DNA of 20,000 nucleotides from Rotaria socialis (lineage: Eukaryota), in contig CAJNYD010000001.1 of the NCBI GenBank assembly GCA_905331295.1, forward strand, positions 113,517-133,516, read 5' to 3'. Positions 1-10,621 of this stretch are shown piece after piece. Each line of letters starts with the position of its first letter. Positions within the stretch are counted from its first letter, which is position 1. A program made the translations under genes and the position numbers. The notes under the pieces are model-generated. The model had not been told where the DNA came from. It was given only the letters and a program-made list of their open reading frames with translations, and made no database searches.

Positions 1-864
1 GTCTGTTCTAACTACAACAATAGCAACATCATTATTGAACTCAGTTCATTTGATTGTGTAATACGAAATATAGCTCCTATTAAATCCATTGCATATTTTT
101 TTTGTTTTGCTGATCTGATTACAAAATTAAAAGTTTTATAAAAAAAAATGATTTATTTTTCTAGTATTATCTAGACATAATATAGGCATAGTAGGACGTC
201 GTTCCGCAAATTTTTCAAATGAAATTTTTATATTTTATATAACGCTTCAGCTAGTTATAACTCGTGAATTTAACGTCTCAATGAGCTGAAACTTATGTTA
301 CCGTCAGATATATAAAAGCGTTAGCTAAACTGAAAATTTCATTTCATTTGGTCAAAGCGTAACTACTTTAGATTAGGAGTGTACAGCTCGCGCTCTCGTT
401 CATGAGCGTGAGCGCTGCTACCTTCATATGCGTACATCATTTATCGTTAAAAGAGAATCTCCCTTCACTTGTTCTGGTATTGTTTCTGCTTCTGATAATG
501 CGTAGTAGCTGGTGAAGCCTGAAGTTTCACTGAAGCATCAGTAAATATCATGCGCATTGAAAATCCTTAACTATTCTGTATAAGTTAACTAAATAGTTGT
601 TAAATAATATGAAATTTTCTATTATGTAAGCTATAAAGTTCATTTATTTTACACTGGATTTCCAGGAAAAGTCAATAAAAAGTATTGAAAGTGCAAAACA
701 AAATGCATTTGTCCATACTGATATGACTTTTCATTGCGCGCTACATAGGAGTAGAACAAATATAGCTACACAAATATAGAGATATCGTTTCGATCAAATA
801 CAGTGCATGTTATGCTTTTATTCTTTCGTATGTGTCAATCATGTGTTTTATTTTCACAGTCAAT

Positions 865-904
865 AATGCTCGAATAACAAATAAAATGCTCGAATAACAA
901 ATAA
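865..904. repeat. 20-bp tandem duplication
   Basis: AATGCTCGAATAACAAATAA occurs twice in exact tandem (865-884 and 885-904). Confidence 0.9.
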
Positions 905-977
905 AGTAAAAAAAACATAACAGTGAACATGAACAACAGGGATATGGATGTATATTATAACTGAAGGTAATGGAACA

Positions 978-1250
978 CACTCTTAAAAAAGGGTTCTTCC
1001 CGTGTGCCCGAGGGAAGATCCTTTTATGGTTCTATGCTAAACCTTGAAAGGTTTTTCGCCAAACCTCAAGGGTTTTTACTTTTGTGAGAAACTTTGTTAG
1101 GTTACGCAGATTGATACAAAACCTTTCTAGGCTTTTTGCAAAGCTATCAAAAAGGTTCTTTCCGTGTACCCACCGGAAGATCCTTTTTTGGTTTCGTACT
1201 CTTTGCTGAACTTTTTAAAGTTCGGTATGGAACTTATTATTTTTAGAAAG
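978..1250. mobile_element. Degenerate CACT-terminal MITE-like element with an internal direct repeat
   Basis: Begins CACTCTTAAAAAAGGGTTC. Imperfect direct repeat of about 47 bp at 985-1031 and 1149-1195 (AAAAAGGTTCTT.CCGTGT.CCC...GGAAGATCCTTTT.TGGTT). Recurring GGTTC/AAACC motifs. Weak inverted right end GGAACTTATTATTTTTAGAAAG. Confidence 0.45.
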
Positions 1251-2251
1251 CATAACACTTATGGCTACAATTAAAATATCTCAGTAAGTAACCAATGAGG
1301 AAATGTAGCATTGAATTCTGTGATGATCGTGCAGTGGCTAAAGTGTTTGAATTCGCTAATTACTGTGTTATATATGAAACACTGAAAGTTTCAAATCTGA
1401 GTAAGATTTACTTTTCTGAGCGTTCATACTTGAATAAATATTAACAAGTTAATTATGTTTACGCAAACTATCTTGTATGTAAAAATGTTTCCGATATCAG
1501 TTATATGACTATGTTTTGATGTAGTGAAAAATAAATTTCTTCGAGATCTTTTTTCCAAACGAACTGAAACTTCTTTATTCGACTATGAATAATCAGAAAA
1601 TAAAATCCTGCTTAAATTTGAAATGATCAACACATAAGGTAACTTTTAATTCTTTTCAATATCCAACTATTTCAATCGATGTCAGTCATGATATCTTCGT
1701 ATTTTATGTGTACCGATTTTATAGTCACATATCGAATATATATGATTAATATGTTTCATCTTCTTCGATTATAGAAGAAATTTAAATTTTCGTGGAATAG
1801 AAAACCAGAGCAAAAACGAAAAAGCTTGTTGGCGCAGTCCCTTTGGGGCTAAAATGTAGAACTCACATGTACCCCTTAGATTTCCTAGCCAATTCAAACT
1901 AGCTCACTTCAAAAATCTATTTTATTCTTTAAACTTTATAGTTAGGGCATAACCTATTTGCTTATATACGTATGTAATGGGGAGGGGCGTACTTGTTTGA
2001 TTGTGTCGCTCATAATGATAGAGGACAAGAAGGTATATAATATTTCACAGTTCTTTTATTAAACTATATTCTTTTTTCACTACTGAATCATACCAGATTT
2101 AAAGTATTTCACTTCAATAGGATAAATAACTACGTCAAGATAAAGTTATGTCAATACTCGTCAGAAATTTTCATCATCTGTGTAATCATGCAGCACCAAT
2201 TCGCTCAATTGTATAATTCCATAGAGTAAGATGGATCTGTTTTTATTATAT

Positions 2252-2563
2252 CCCAGCTCGAAAAATCAGATGTAAGATCGTGCGAAACCAGACAAGATCG
2301 TGCAAAAACTCGTCGTCTCTGAAATCTTACATTAAGTCTTACAATAAGACACTTGCAAGATTTTACTATTGCATAAGATTTCCTATAATTTTATAGTCAT
2401 ATCTTACGATAAAATAAGATCTTTTAAGAACCTGATAGAACGAATTGATGTAAGAGTTCAGAGACTACGATTTTCATACGATTTTTTTATCGGATCTTAC
2501 AAGATCATACAAGATCAGATGTAGAATCTTGTTAGATTTTAATATCTGATTGTTTGCGCTAGG
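2252..2563. mobile_element. MITE with CCCAG-type TIRs (possibly CMC/EnSpm-derived), nested in the hAT element
   Basis: Left CCCAGCTCGAAAAATCAGAT versus reverse complement of right CCTAGCGCAAACAATCAGAT, with AT on both flanks (possible 2-bp TSD). Inner inverted pair TCGTCGTCTCTGAAATCTTACA (about 2310) / TGTAAGAGTTCAGAGACTACGA (about 2449). Many AAGATC/ATCTTAC motifs. Confidence 0.75.
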
Positions 2564-5500
2564 ATATCTAGTAACGAAATTCTTAGTCTCAAGCCAAGTA
2601 AATACAAATCTGTATCAATGAGCTATGTATAATAAGATTCTAGCTTCACTCTTAGATTGATTACATCAACAAGATAAATGAGCTTAAAAAATATTAAGGA
2701 GTTACGAATGCAAATTGAAAAGTCAAAAAGGATCAATTATTATGATCTTTAGTGATGAATAGATCACAAAATGCCTATCCGCGTCAACTATAAATATTAT
2801 AGCAGGTATACGAGATATCAACCACTTTATATGCGCTTTTGTATACATGCAAGCAATAGTACATTCTTAGCTGATGATATTTTGAACAGATCTGATTTAA
2901 AGCAGAAACGCTCGCGCTCGCGAGCGTGAGCGTGAGCGGTTACCGCTCACGCTCATTTGAGTGTTCATGAGCACGACCCGTACAACCCTACTTTAGATAG
3001 ATAGAATATCGTGATAACTCACTCATTTGAAATGATTCCTTCCATCAGCGAGTTTAATAAAAGCTCTCTTTCAAAGAAATTTCCTCATTCAGAACACAAT
3101 ATTTCAAATTGTCTTTGTGACTACGATAGTACACGTGGTGGTGGTCAGATTCATTTTTCTCGAAATTTGTTTCTACAAACATTTAGCATCAAAACATGAC
3201 AGTAACGCATTCATCTAGAAGAGAATAAATTTTATAGCTATGATTACAATCACAGGAAATTCATTGATATCAAACTGTAGCTCAACGTCTGATGGTACTT
3301 TGATTGTTTAATTACGTCTTTTTCAATGATGCAGCATAGCTTTAAAAATATGATAGTAGACAACAAAACCCATTTTTCCTCATTTTAGCTAAAAAAACAG
3401 CTCGATTTTGACTACGCGCTACTATTTATTTTCATTATTATCTACAAGAAATAATATATATCGATTGAGAATAGACGAAACCGTATAAAAAACTTTTAGT
3501 GCTAAACAGTCTCGTTGTCTCATGTTCAAGTAGCAACCTAAGTGGACATCGAAAACTAGTCAGATTTTCAACAACATATCCCTTACATACGGTAAAAACA
3601 AAATATAAACTTTCTTTCAAAGGTATCCGTCTTTCGTAGCAACATATACACTATATTATTTAACTTCAGAGTATTTTGAACATGTTAAAATCAACAAGAT
3701 CGACTTATTCATTTTTGTTTTTCAACAACTTTATTTATATTTCCAAAACAAAACACTTGAATTTAATTGTTTTTCTATTTAACATTTGCAGAATATACGT
3801 CTTGACGATTTGTGAGCCCGAATTGAGGATTTTCGTTAAAATAAAGATGTTTATTAACAAATGGTTGAATTATAGTTAGACATATAGTAACCACATCAAA
3901 TTAAAAAAGTTTTAACATGTGGGGGATGTGAAACATTTTCATCACAGATGAACGGAAGGTGATCTATTTTGATAAAGTGGTGGATTTTGTGAGGTAGGTT
4001 TATTGTTAAATAGAAATTAAAAACATAATTACTTAAGTGTAGTTATGTACTGTTTTGCGTTCCTTTGTAATTCAAATCAACAATATATTCAAAATTAGAG
4101 ATTAAATTCTAGTGCAACTAATTCTTCCAGTTGACAATCTCAGCATGTCGTAGGAAGAATATTCGTGAATAAGAAATCTGCTTCAAGAATATTCAACTAT
4201 GGTAATAGTAAAAAAAACAATAAATATTTTATAAAGCCGATTCCCATGATGAAAAAGCATATTCCAAATTGTAATAGGAATTAGGTATTAACAATTCCAG
4301 TAAAAACCCTAGCGGGAGAAGAATAATAAATACATCACTGGGTTTTCATTATTTATTTATTTCATCATACAGTCCTATCTGAATTACAGATAAATTAGCA
4401 ATCAATAATATTCTGTCATCATTGAAATGAATTGTAACAATAATTGAAAACAAATGAGTACGCCATTTTTGGCCCAGAGGTATGTCGATAAATCTAAGTA
4501 TCCACCTCTTCCATTTAGAAAATTATATATATACCTTTTCCTTTTTTACTATTCTAAACGAATCCTTCTTTCTACTCTTCTACCTTACAGTTCAACTTTT
4601 TTCTCCTCCACAATATATCTCTGCCTTTGTATTCAACTTATGAAGAATTATTTGCTTTGCTTAATTCATCTATGAATAGATTTTCATAAAATTTCGTTCC
4701 AGGGTAAAATAAAATCAATTAAATCTACAAGTACGTTACTTAAATTTAAAAAAATGAAACATCATTCTATACTTCATTGTTAATTTTGGAGCATTAAATA
4801 AAATATAAGGCCACATATTTATTCTGGTTTTCGACATGTGTTTCATGCTAAATACAAAACCATGCTGTCATAAAGAGAGGAAAACAAAATAACAGGCGAA
4901 CTGTTAATGAGGAGTATTTCTTTTTACAACAGAAGCCCTCTATTTTTTTAATGAAACGTACGAGGCAGGTAGAAATGAAAATAAATTATCTACTTGAGGG
5001 TGTTTAAAAATTTGGATATGCAGCCTTCTGGCTATCATAAACTGTTCTGCCTGCGTTCCACCAATGTCGTTTTCTGTATTGCATATGTGACCAACCACAA
5101 AAGTAAATAAAACTTTTATGCTTAGAAGGATATTAATCGTATTGTATTTTATTCTATGTATCCGAGTAAGTTTGATATTTTAAGGAAAATATTTAGTTTC
5201 AAACGAAGTGGCTCACCCAAATAATGTTGTTTTATAGTTTAGTTCAAGCCCTTAGATATATTTTCAAATGATACATAAAAAATTTATAAATGATCACCGA
5301 ATTATTTCAAAATTCTGCAAGCTTCCTTAGATCAAGTTTGCGTATAAATAATCTAATCAGCAATTTTGACATATGAGTATTTGTGAAAAATGATCTACAT
5401 GAGTAACTAACTCCAGGAACCAAGTTAACTAAAGACTGATAAAAAATTATTAGCAGAGTTATGCGATAGGCATACTTTGTAGAGCGTCAACATGATATTA

Positions 5501-6670
5501 GATAGATACTGTTCATTCAGAAGGTCTAGTCAAAACTAATGATGAGCTCGTCAAATATATTGTTTATTTATCTATCATGAAAACGTGAAAGCGATTACTC
5601 GCATTATATGTAAATACAATGGTCTTAATTAGCTTTTGGGAATGTCCTGCTTACGTATTTTTAATCTTTAGATATTATTGATTAAAATAAAATAGTATTA
5701 ATCATGAAACCACACACCCATATGGAAATCATAACATAGATGTATTTTCCTGTTTTTTCTAATTTTAGATATAACTATAAAGAAAAATGATTTTTTTTTC
5801 TTTTCATTAATTCTTTATATAATTCTCTTGAATGCTTATATAATGGAATCTCAATACTACTGTTAATGTAAATCGTCGGAGTAAAATTCGAAGTGCTTGT
5901 CTCTTGTGAATCGTTCCAGTTATTGAATATTCATGCATATTGTTTCAATGGAAACAAAGTATGCGTTCAGCATACATATATCTTTTTTTCCTACTTAAAT
6001 TGTCGTTCATCAACGTCTATACTTAATGGTACATGGAGAAATGCATGAGTCGGTTTCAGTATTTTGAATGATTATGCATCAATATTGAAGTCAGATCGCG
6101 ACAGGATACCACGCATTTGAGTTTTCATTGATAGAAAAAAAATACAAGAAATGCTGAATTTGTTTACACGGGAGTCTCGAGAACGAATACTCTCCGCATA
6201 TATTATTTCTATCATGCGTCTTGATCATTAAAGTTTCTAAGAGCAACGTTAGTGACAACAATGAGAGAAAAAAAACATACAGATCACTTCATACGTTTTC
6301 TGAGGTAATGACGGACAAATCATAGAAGTCTACAGCTGCTCGTCAATGCGTGGGTGACGTAGGAATATCTGTCTTTTTTGAAGCAATGCAATTTAGATTT
6401 GTATCTTCATATGATCGCTGGCGGTACAAAAGCAACTTCTGAATCTTTCCTTTTTTCTCAAACAAGCTCTCGCTTAAATAGGCTGCATCTTTAATTTATT
6501 GCTTGACTTCCTGTTTGGATTACTATCATTTCATTAACTCGTATCCCTCAACATTCTCGCTTATATTCACAACAGAACTAACTCATGGAAGTATAATAGG
6601 TATACTTACATATATTAACGACAAATAAAATTTTTTTCAATCATAATTTATATAGAACATATCTGCTCGA

Positions 6671-6680
6671 TTGACGTCAA
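6671..6680. promoter_or_regulatory. Palindromic CRE/ATF site upstream of the prohormone-like gene
   Basis: TTGACGTCAA contains the full consensus TGACGTCA about 400 bp upstream of ATG 7082. Extra TGACG/CGTCA half-sites at 6309, 6341, 6355 and 6972. Confidence 0.4.
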
Positions 6681-7081
6681 AGATTGATCAATAGTGGGGG
6701 TGAATTCTTTTACGGAAATATATTGTTCACTTCTATATTCTATTTTGCTTTGTTTTGTTTGATATCTATGTTTACTTTTTGCAACTAACATTAACCATGT
6801 TAAAGATTATGCACGGCGTTGCTATCATTGAGACAACAGAACATGCCGGTTGTTTAACTTTTCCAACTGGTAAACATGAACTGATGCAAACGTTCGAGAG
6901 GAAAAGTATTAATAAAAATAGCTCGAAAAGGAAAGTATATTGACTTATGTTACACTTAACCGTGTTTTTTCCGTCAAATGATTATAAAATAAATTGCACT
7001 TAAAAATCAAAATACTGCCATTTCTTTTGTTATAGATTATTGTTGTATTTTTTTCAATTAATATTCTTATAAACTATCATA

Positions 7082-8175
7082 ATGAATATCTTTCCTACTG
7101 TTGTATCATGCATTTTTATTTTAACAATCACATATGCAATTCATAGTTACCCATTATTTATTACTTCAAAGTAGATTTATTTTAATAAATTTTTACTCGT
7201 ATGTCGTGGTTCTTATTCATTTTCAGTCTCAATAACTTAGCTCCTTTTCAAATTGACAGAATTTGCTCGTATATAACACAGCAAGTTCAATATTTTATAT
7301 ATTTGTTCTCATTTAAAATTTATGATTTAGATTACAAAAAAAATCAGTGGATTATAAGACAACAACATCTGATACACCGTAATTATTTTCTTTTTTGTTT
7401 CTTTTTAAATTTTCAACATGTTGTTTTATTTTAAATGTTAAGGAAAAAACGTTTTGCTATACCATTTCCTGATATGAACAGATTTCTATCGACAAGTCAT
7501 AGGCTTCATCATCACAAATCTAGTCCAATGAGTGGAACTACGGCGATCAATAAAAAACATGATTTTCATGCTTATTTATGCAGGTAAAACATTTCGATAT
7601 TTGTTTGTTTAGTTTATTTTTTTAAATTGACTCTTATATATTTAAAAGTATTTCAAAAGATTCTGAAGAAATGTCGAATTTTCTAAATATTTTTATTGAA
7701 GAACATGGTCAACCTCCAGCTTTCAATATATTTGAATCATGCGAACAAGTCGTCAAACGGTTTATTATTGTTGCATTAAAAATTTTCTTAATCACAACTT
7801 TTTCGTTTACATTTAGTGATGAACTAAAACTGAATAATAATGAAAACAATAGTCTAGAATCAGTTATTCGATTGAATCAATTATCGTATGGAAAATTATT
7901 GAAAAACAAAATTTTAGCTAATTTAATTTTAATTTTTCTTTTTCTCAAGACAATTTTGCTCTAATCGATCCCGATCATCATTTACGAAACGATGGGGACA
8001 TACAGTAGAAGGACCAATATCAATTGATTTTATTCATCAAATGCTTGAATCTCGTAAAGTTAAATCGTATCCATATCCAGCTGAAATGGATCCTTATCTT
8101 GTGTAAGTTAATAAATCATTCAAAGTTTTTCAAATAAAAATTGTTCATTCTTTGTTCTTTTTTAGTGGTAGATAA
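7082..8175 (+). CDS. Secreted prohormone / neuropeptide precursor-like protein, 220 aa, 8 exons
   Basis: Exons 7082-7170, 7227-7268, 7331-7378, 7443-7583, 7649-7759, 7817-7885, 7950-8102, 8166-8175. Seven GT-AG introns of 56-65 nt give a stop-free 663-nt frame: MNIFPTVVSCIFILTITYAIHSYPLFITSNLNNLAPFQIDRICSLQKKSVDYKTTTSDTPKKRFAIPFPDMNRFLSTSHRLHHHKSSPMSGTTAINKKHDFHAYLCSISKDSEEMSNFLNIFIEEHGQPPAFNIFESCEQVVKRDELKLNNNENNSLESVIRLNQLSQFCSNRSRSSFTKRWGHTVEGPISIDFIHQMLESRKVKSYPYPAEMDPYLVGR*. It has a signal-peptide-like N-terminus, several KK/KR sites and a terminal G-R amidation signal. Confidence 0.78.
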
Positions 8176-9042
8176 ATAATCAAAACAAAACAAAATCAAT
8201 TAAGAAAATATATGAACGATATTCAATATCTGATTTTAACTTTGTTTTTCCTTATTTAGAACTAAACAGAAAGAAAAAAAAGAGATCGTAACTATCGAGG
8301 ACATCGATGCGATCAGATAACTAATAAAAATATTGCAATGGAATTTGTAATTGGTATTATCTTGCTTTTTTGCTAATATTTAGCCTCACTGAGGGTGTTG
8401 TATACTCTTGTTTACTGTCATTATGCTCAATTTTAAAATAAATCAGACATTATCATGAGTGAATAATTTCAAAGAAAAATATGCGAGGAACAACATTGAT
8501 GATAGAAATTTGAATAAGTTTCTGTATTAAAAACGAAAATATATACTAGTTCAATAACACTATGTGTATAATATTCATTGCGATACGTATATAGCAGCTG
8601 TTTTTAATGAAGAATAATACGTCATTAGTCAAGGTCAGAGTTAAAAAGAAGATTGCAAAAATTATTCTTAATAATTTTTCAAACAGGAAATTACCTACGT
8701 TATATTAGAGAATATTCTTAGTATTAACATTAATTGATAAAAAAATGTAATTAAATGAGATAGATTACATATAAATCAACCACTATAAAATTTATGCAAA
8801 ACAAATTATATTTTAATGAGTTAAATTAGCAAGATCTTTGTTACTAATATTTGACATAGAAAAAAGAAATCCATCGAATTCATCTCTATATTTAGTCATA
8901 TTATAGAAAGAGACGAACACATTATTATCTTCGTATTTTTCTTTCTTTCTTTATTCTATGAATCTAATGGTGAATCAAAGGCCAACCATTGCATTCTTAA
9001 CCAATTTTGTCAGAAACTGAATCGTAAAGTGAATAAAATTAA

Positions 9043-9622
9043 ATGACCTTATTGATTTTACTATTAATCTCCTTGACAACGATTGGAAATATTTGTTGCG
9101 AAAAATTAAATACAAATGTCAACCTCAATAATAAACAAGAATATTGTTCAAAGAAAGATGATGGCAATTCACAATGTGAAAGCCAGGTTTGTTGATGAAT
9201 TATTGCCATCTATTGTTGGACAATTCAACGGAGGAAAGAAAATGAACTTGTTTTATCTCGACAATATCATGTACACGTCGTCACCACATGTACATTTTCG
9301 TTAGTAAACCAGTCAGTCAGCTGAGAAGATATTTTATTTTATTTTATTTTTTTCTTTCTTTCTCGTCTCTATTATTTTACCCAAGGCTTTTTTTTTTCTT
9401 TAAGAAACGGAGGTTTATATATTTGTACTGGTTGTTCGTTTCTTTCGTTACTTTAGTCTTACTTTTGCCTCTACGAGGAAGACGATTTCAGATGAAACGA
9501 CATGACCACAAGCATCGACCGACAACACATAGACGTCGTCTTTATATTAATTGTGATTTTTTTTGTTTTAGATTTCCGATCAACCATCATCATTATCATC
9601 ATCTAAACTTGATATATTAAAC
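9043..9622 (+). CDS. Putative alternative N-terminal extension of NDK (signal-peptide exon plus in-frame linker)
   Basis: ATG at 9043 follows an in-frame TAA. Exon 9043-9186 (144 nt) encodes [48 protein letters not shown] and ends at CAG|GTTTGT (phase 0). A T-rich acceptor ends in AG at 9570-9571. 9572-9622 (51 nt) reads [17 protein letters not shown], stop-free and in frame with the NDK ATG at 9623. The product would be 218 aa. Confidence 0.65.
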
Positions 9623-10341
9623 ATGGCTGGTGCTTCTGAACGTACATTTATCATGATTAAGCCCGATGGTGTCCAACGTGGAGTTGTTGGTGATATTATT
9701 CGCCGATTTGAACAACGTGGCTATAAACTTGTTGCACTTAAAATGCTCCAAGTATGATTTCTTAAATTTTATTCTATATATTGAAATGAAAAACAAATTT
9801 CTTATTTTTGTATTGTAGCCACCAAAAGCTTTGCTTGAAAGTCATTATGAAGAACACAAAGGTAAGACAAAACCAAATAGTTGATTTTTCTGTAGCTAGA
9901 CAATGTTTTGTTTTTCAATTTTAAGGCAAGAAATTTTATGAACCACTTTTGGAATATATTGGCAGTGGACCTGTTGTTGCTACAGTATGTTTCTATGTTT
10001 TAATTAACGTTTGTAATCAGTTGTTGTTTTTTGTGGTCTTTTAGGTTTGGGAAGGCGTAAATGTTATCACAGTTGGTCGTAAAATGCTTGGTGCTACTGA
10101 TCCAGCGAAATCGGAACCTGGTACTATTCGTGGTGATTTCGGTATCGTTACAGGACGGTAAGATATATATTTTAATATGAAAACATTCAATTTATTTTTA
10201 AATTTTTGTTTTCTTCATTTTAGTAATATTGTTCATGGTAGTGATTCAGAAAGTGCTGCTAAACGTGAAATCGGTTTATGGTTTCGACCAGAAGAAGTTT
10301 CCGATTGGAAACATACAGCTGAAAAATGGATCTATGAATAA
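9623..10341 (+). CDS. NDK: Nucleoside diphosphate kinase, group I (NME1/2, awd-like), 153 aa, 5 exons
   Basis: Exons 9623-9751, 9819-9861, 9926-9984, 10045-10157, 10224-10341, all with GT-AG introns, total 462 nt. Translation: [153 protein letters not shown]. Shows the KPDG motif, the GTIRGDF Kpn loop, the catalytic NxxHGSD histidine and the C-terminal WIYE. Confidence 0.97.
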
Positions 10342-10621
10342 ATACAATAAAATTCAGATTGGAACAGACAATAATCATCTATACTATCTCAAATTAGTTC
10401 GAATTCTCCTTTTTTGAATTCCTTTTATCGGTTTCATCGTTTATGTTTGTGTTATTTTCATTGTCTGTAATCCAAGAATTCAAATACAAAGAAACAAAAT
10501 ATATTTGATTTAAATTTAAATCATTTTTCAACATTAAAGCTTTGTTTTTACTACAATCACAAGAAATTACAGTTGATTATGAAAACAAGATCGTTTATAG
10601 TTTATAGTCTATTGTTTAATA

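Larger units (their letters stand above)
374..2990. mobile_element. Non-autonomous hAT-superfamily DNA transposon
   Basis: Exact 8-bp target-site duplication CTTTAGAT at 366-373 and 2991-2998. Imperfect TIRs: left TAGGAGTGTACAGCTCGCGCTC, reverse complement of right TAGGGTTGTACGGGTCGTGCTC. Subterminal GAGCGT/ACGCTC repeats at both ends (about 402-416 and 2908-2955). An 8-bp TSD with TAGG termini is typical of hAT. No intact transposase ORF. Confidence 0.85.
188..3425. mobile_element. Older MITE-like element apparently split by the hAT insertion
   Basis: Weak terminal inverted match: ATAGTAGGACGTCGT at 188 versus reverse complement of the end near 3425, ATAGTAGCGCGTAGT. The sequence on both sides of the hAT TSD looks MITE-like. 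No TSD identified. Confidence 0.3.

Noticed and set aside
1..141. Open frames at the window start, possibly the end of an upstream gene
   Set aside because: Too short, with no motif and an ambiguous frame.
1321..1405. tRNA-like A box (GATCGTGCAGTGGCTAA) and B box (GTTTCAAATC)
   Set aside because: No cloverleaf can be folded. At most this is a decayed SINE head, too weak to call.
2252..2563. Recurring AAGATC motifs as a CRISPR-like array
   Set aside because: The repeats are irregular and arranged as inverted subterminal motifs of a MITE, in a eukaryotic context with no cas genes.
2760..2860. Peptide KCLSASTINIIAGIRD faintly like a hAT C-terminal dimerisation segment
   Set aside because: It is short, bounded by stops and lacks the preceding SERxFS motif, so it cannot be supported without a profile search.
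3900..5100. Coding-looking minus-strand fragments
   Set aside because: They are interrupted by stops in the frames examined, and no family or exon chain could be assembled.
7671..7964. Track ORFs 7201-7434 and 7671-7964 as standalone genes
   Set aside because: They are exons of the 7082-8175 gene read through introns. The Phe/Ile-rich stretches are intronic T-tracts.
9116..9620. Track ORFs 9116-9304, 9288-9620 and 10229-10417
   Set aside because: They are low-complexity or off-frame readings of NDK upstream, intron and exon sequence with no recognisable motif.
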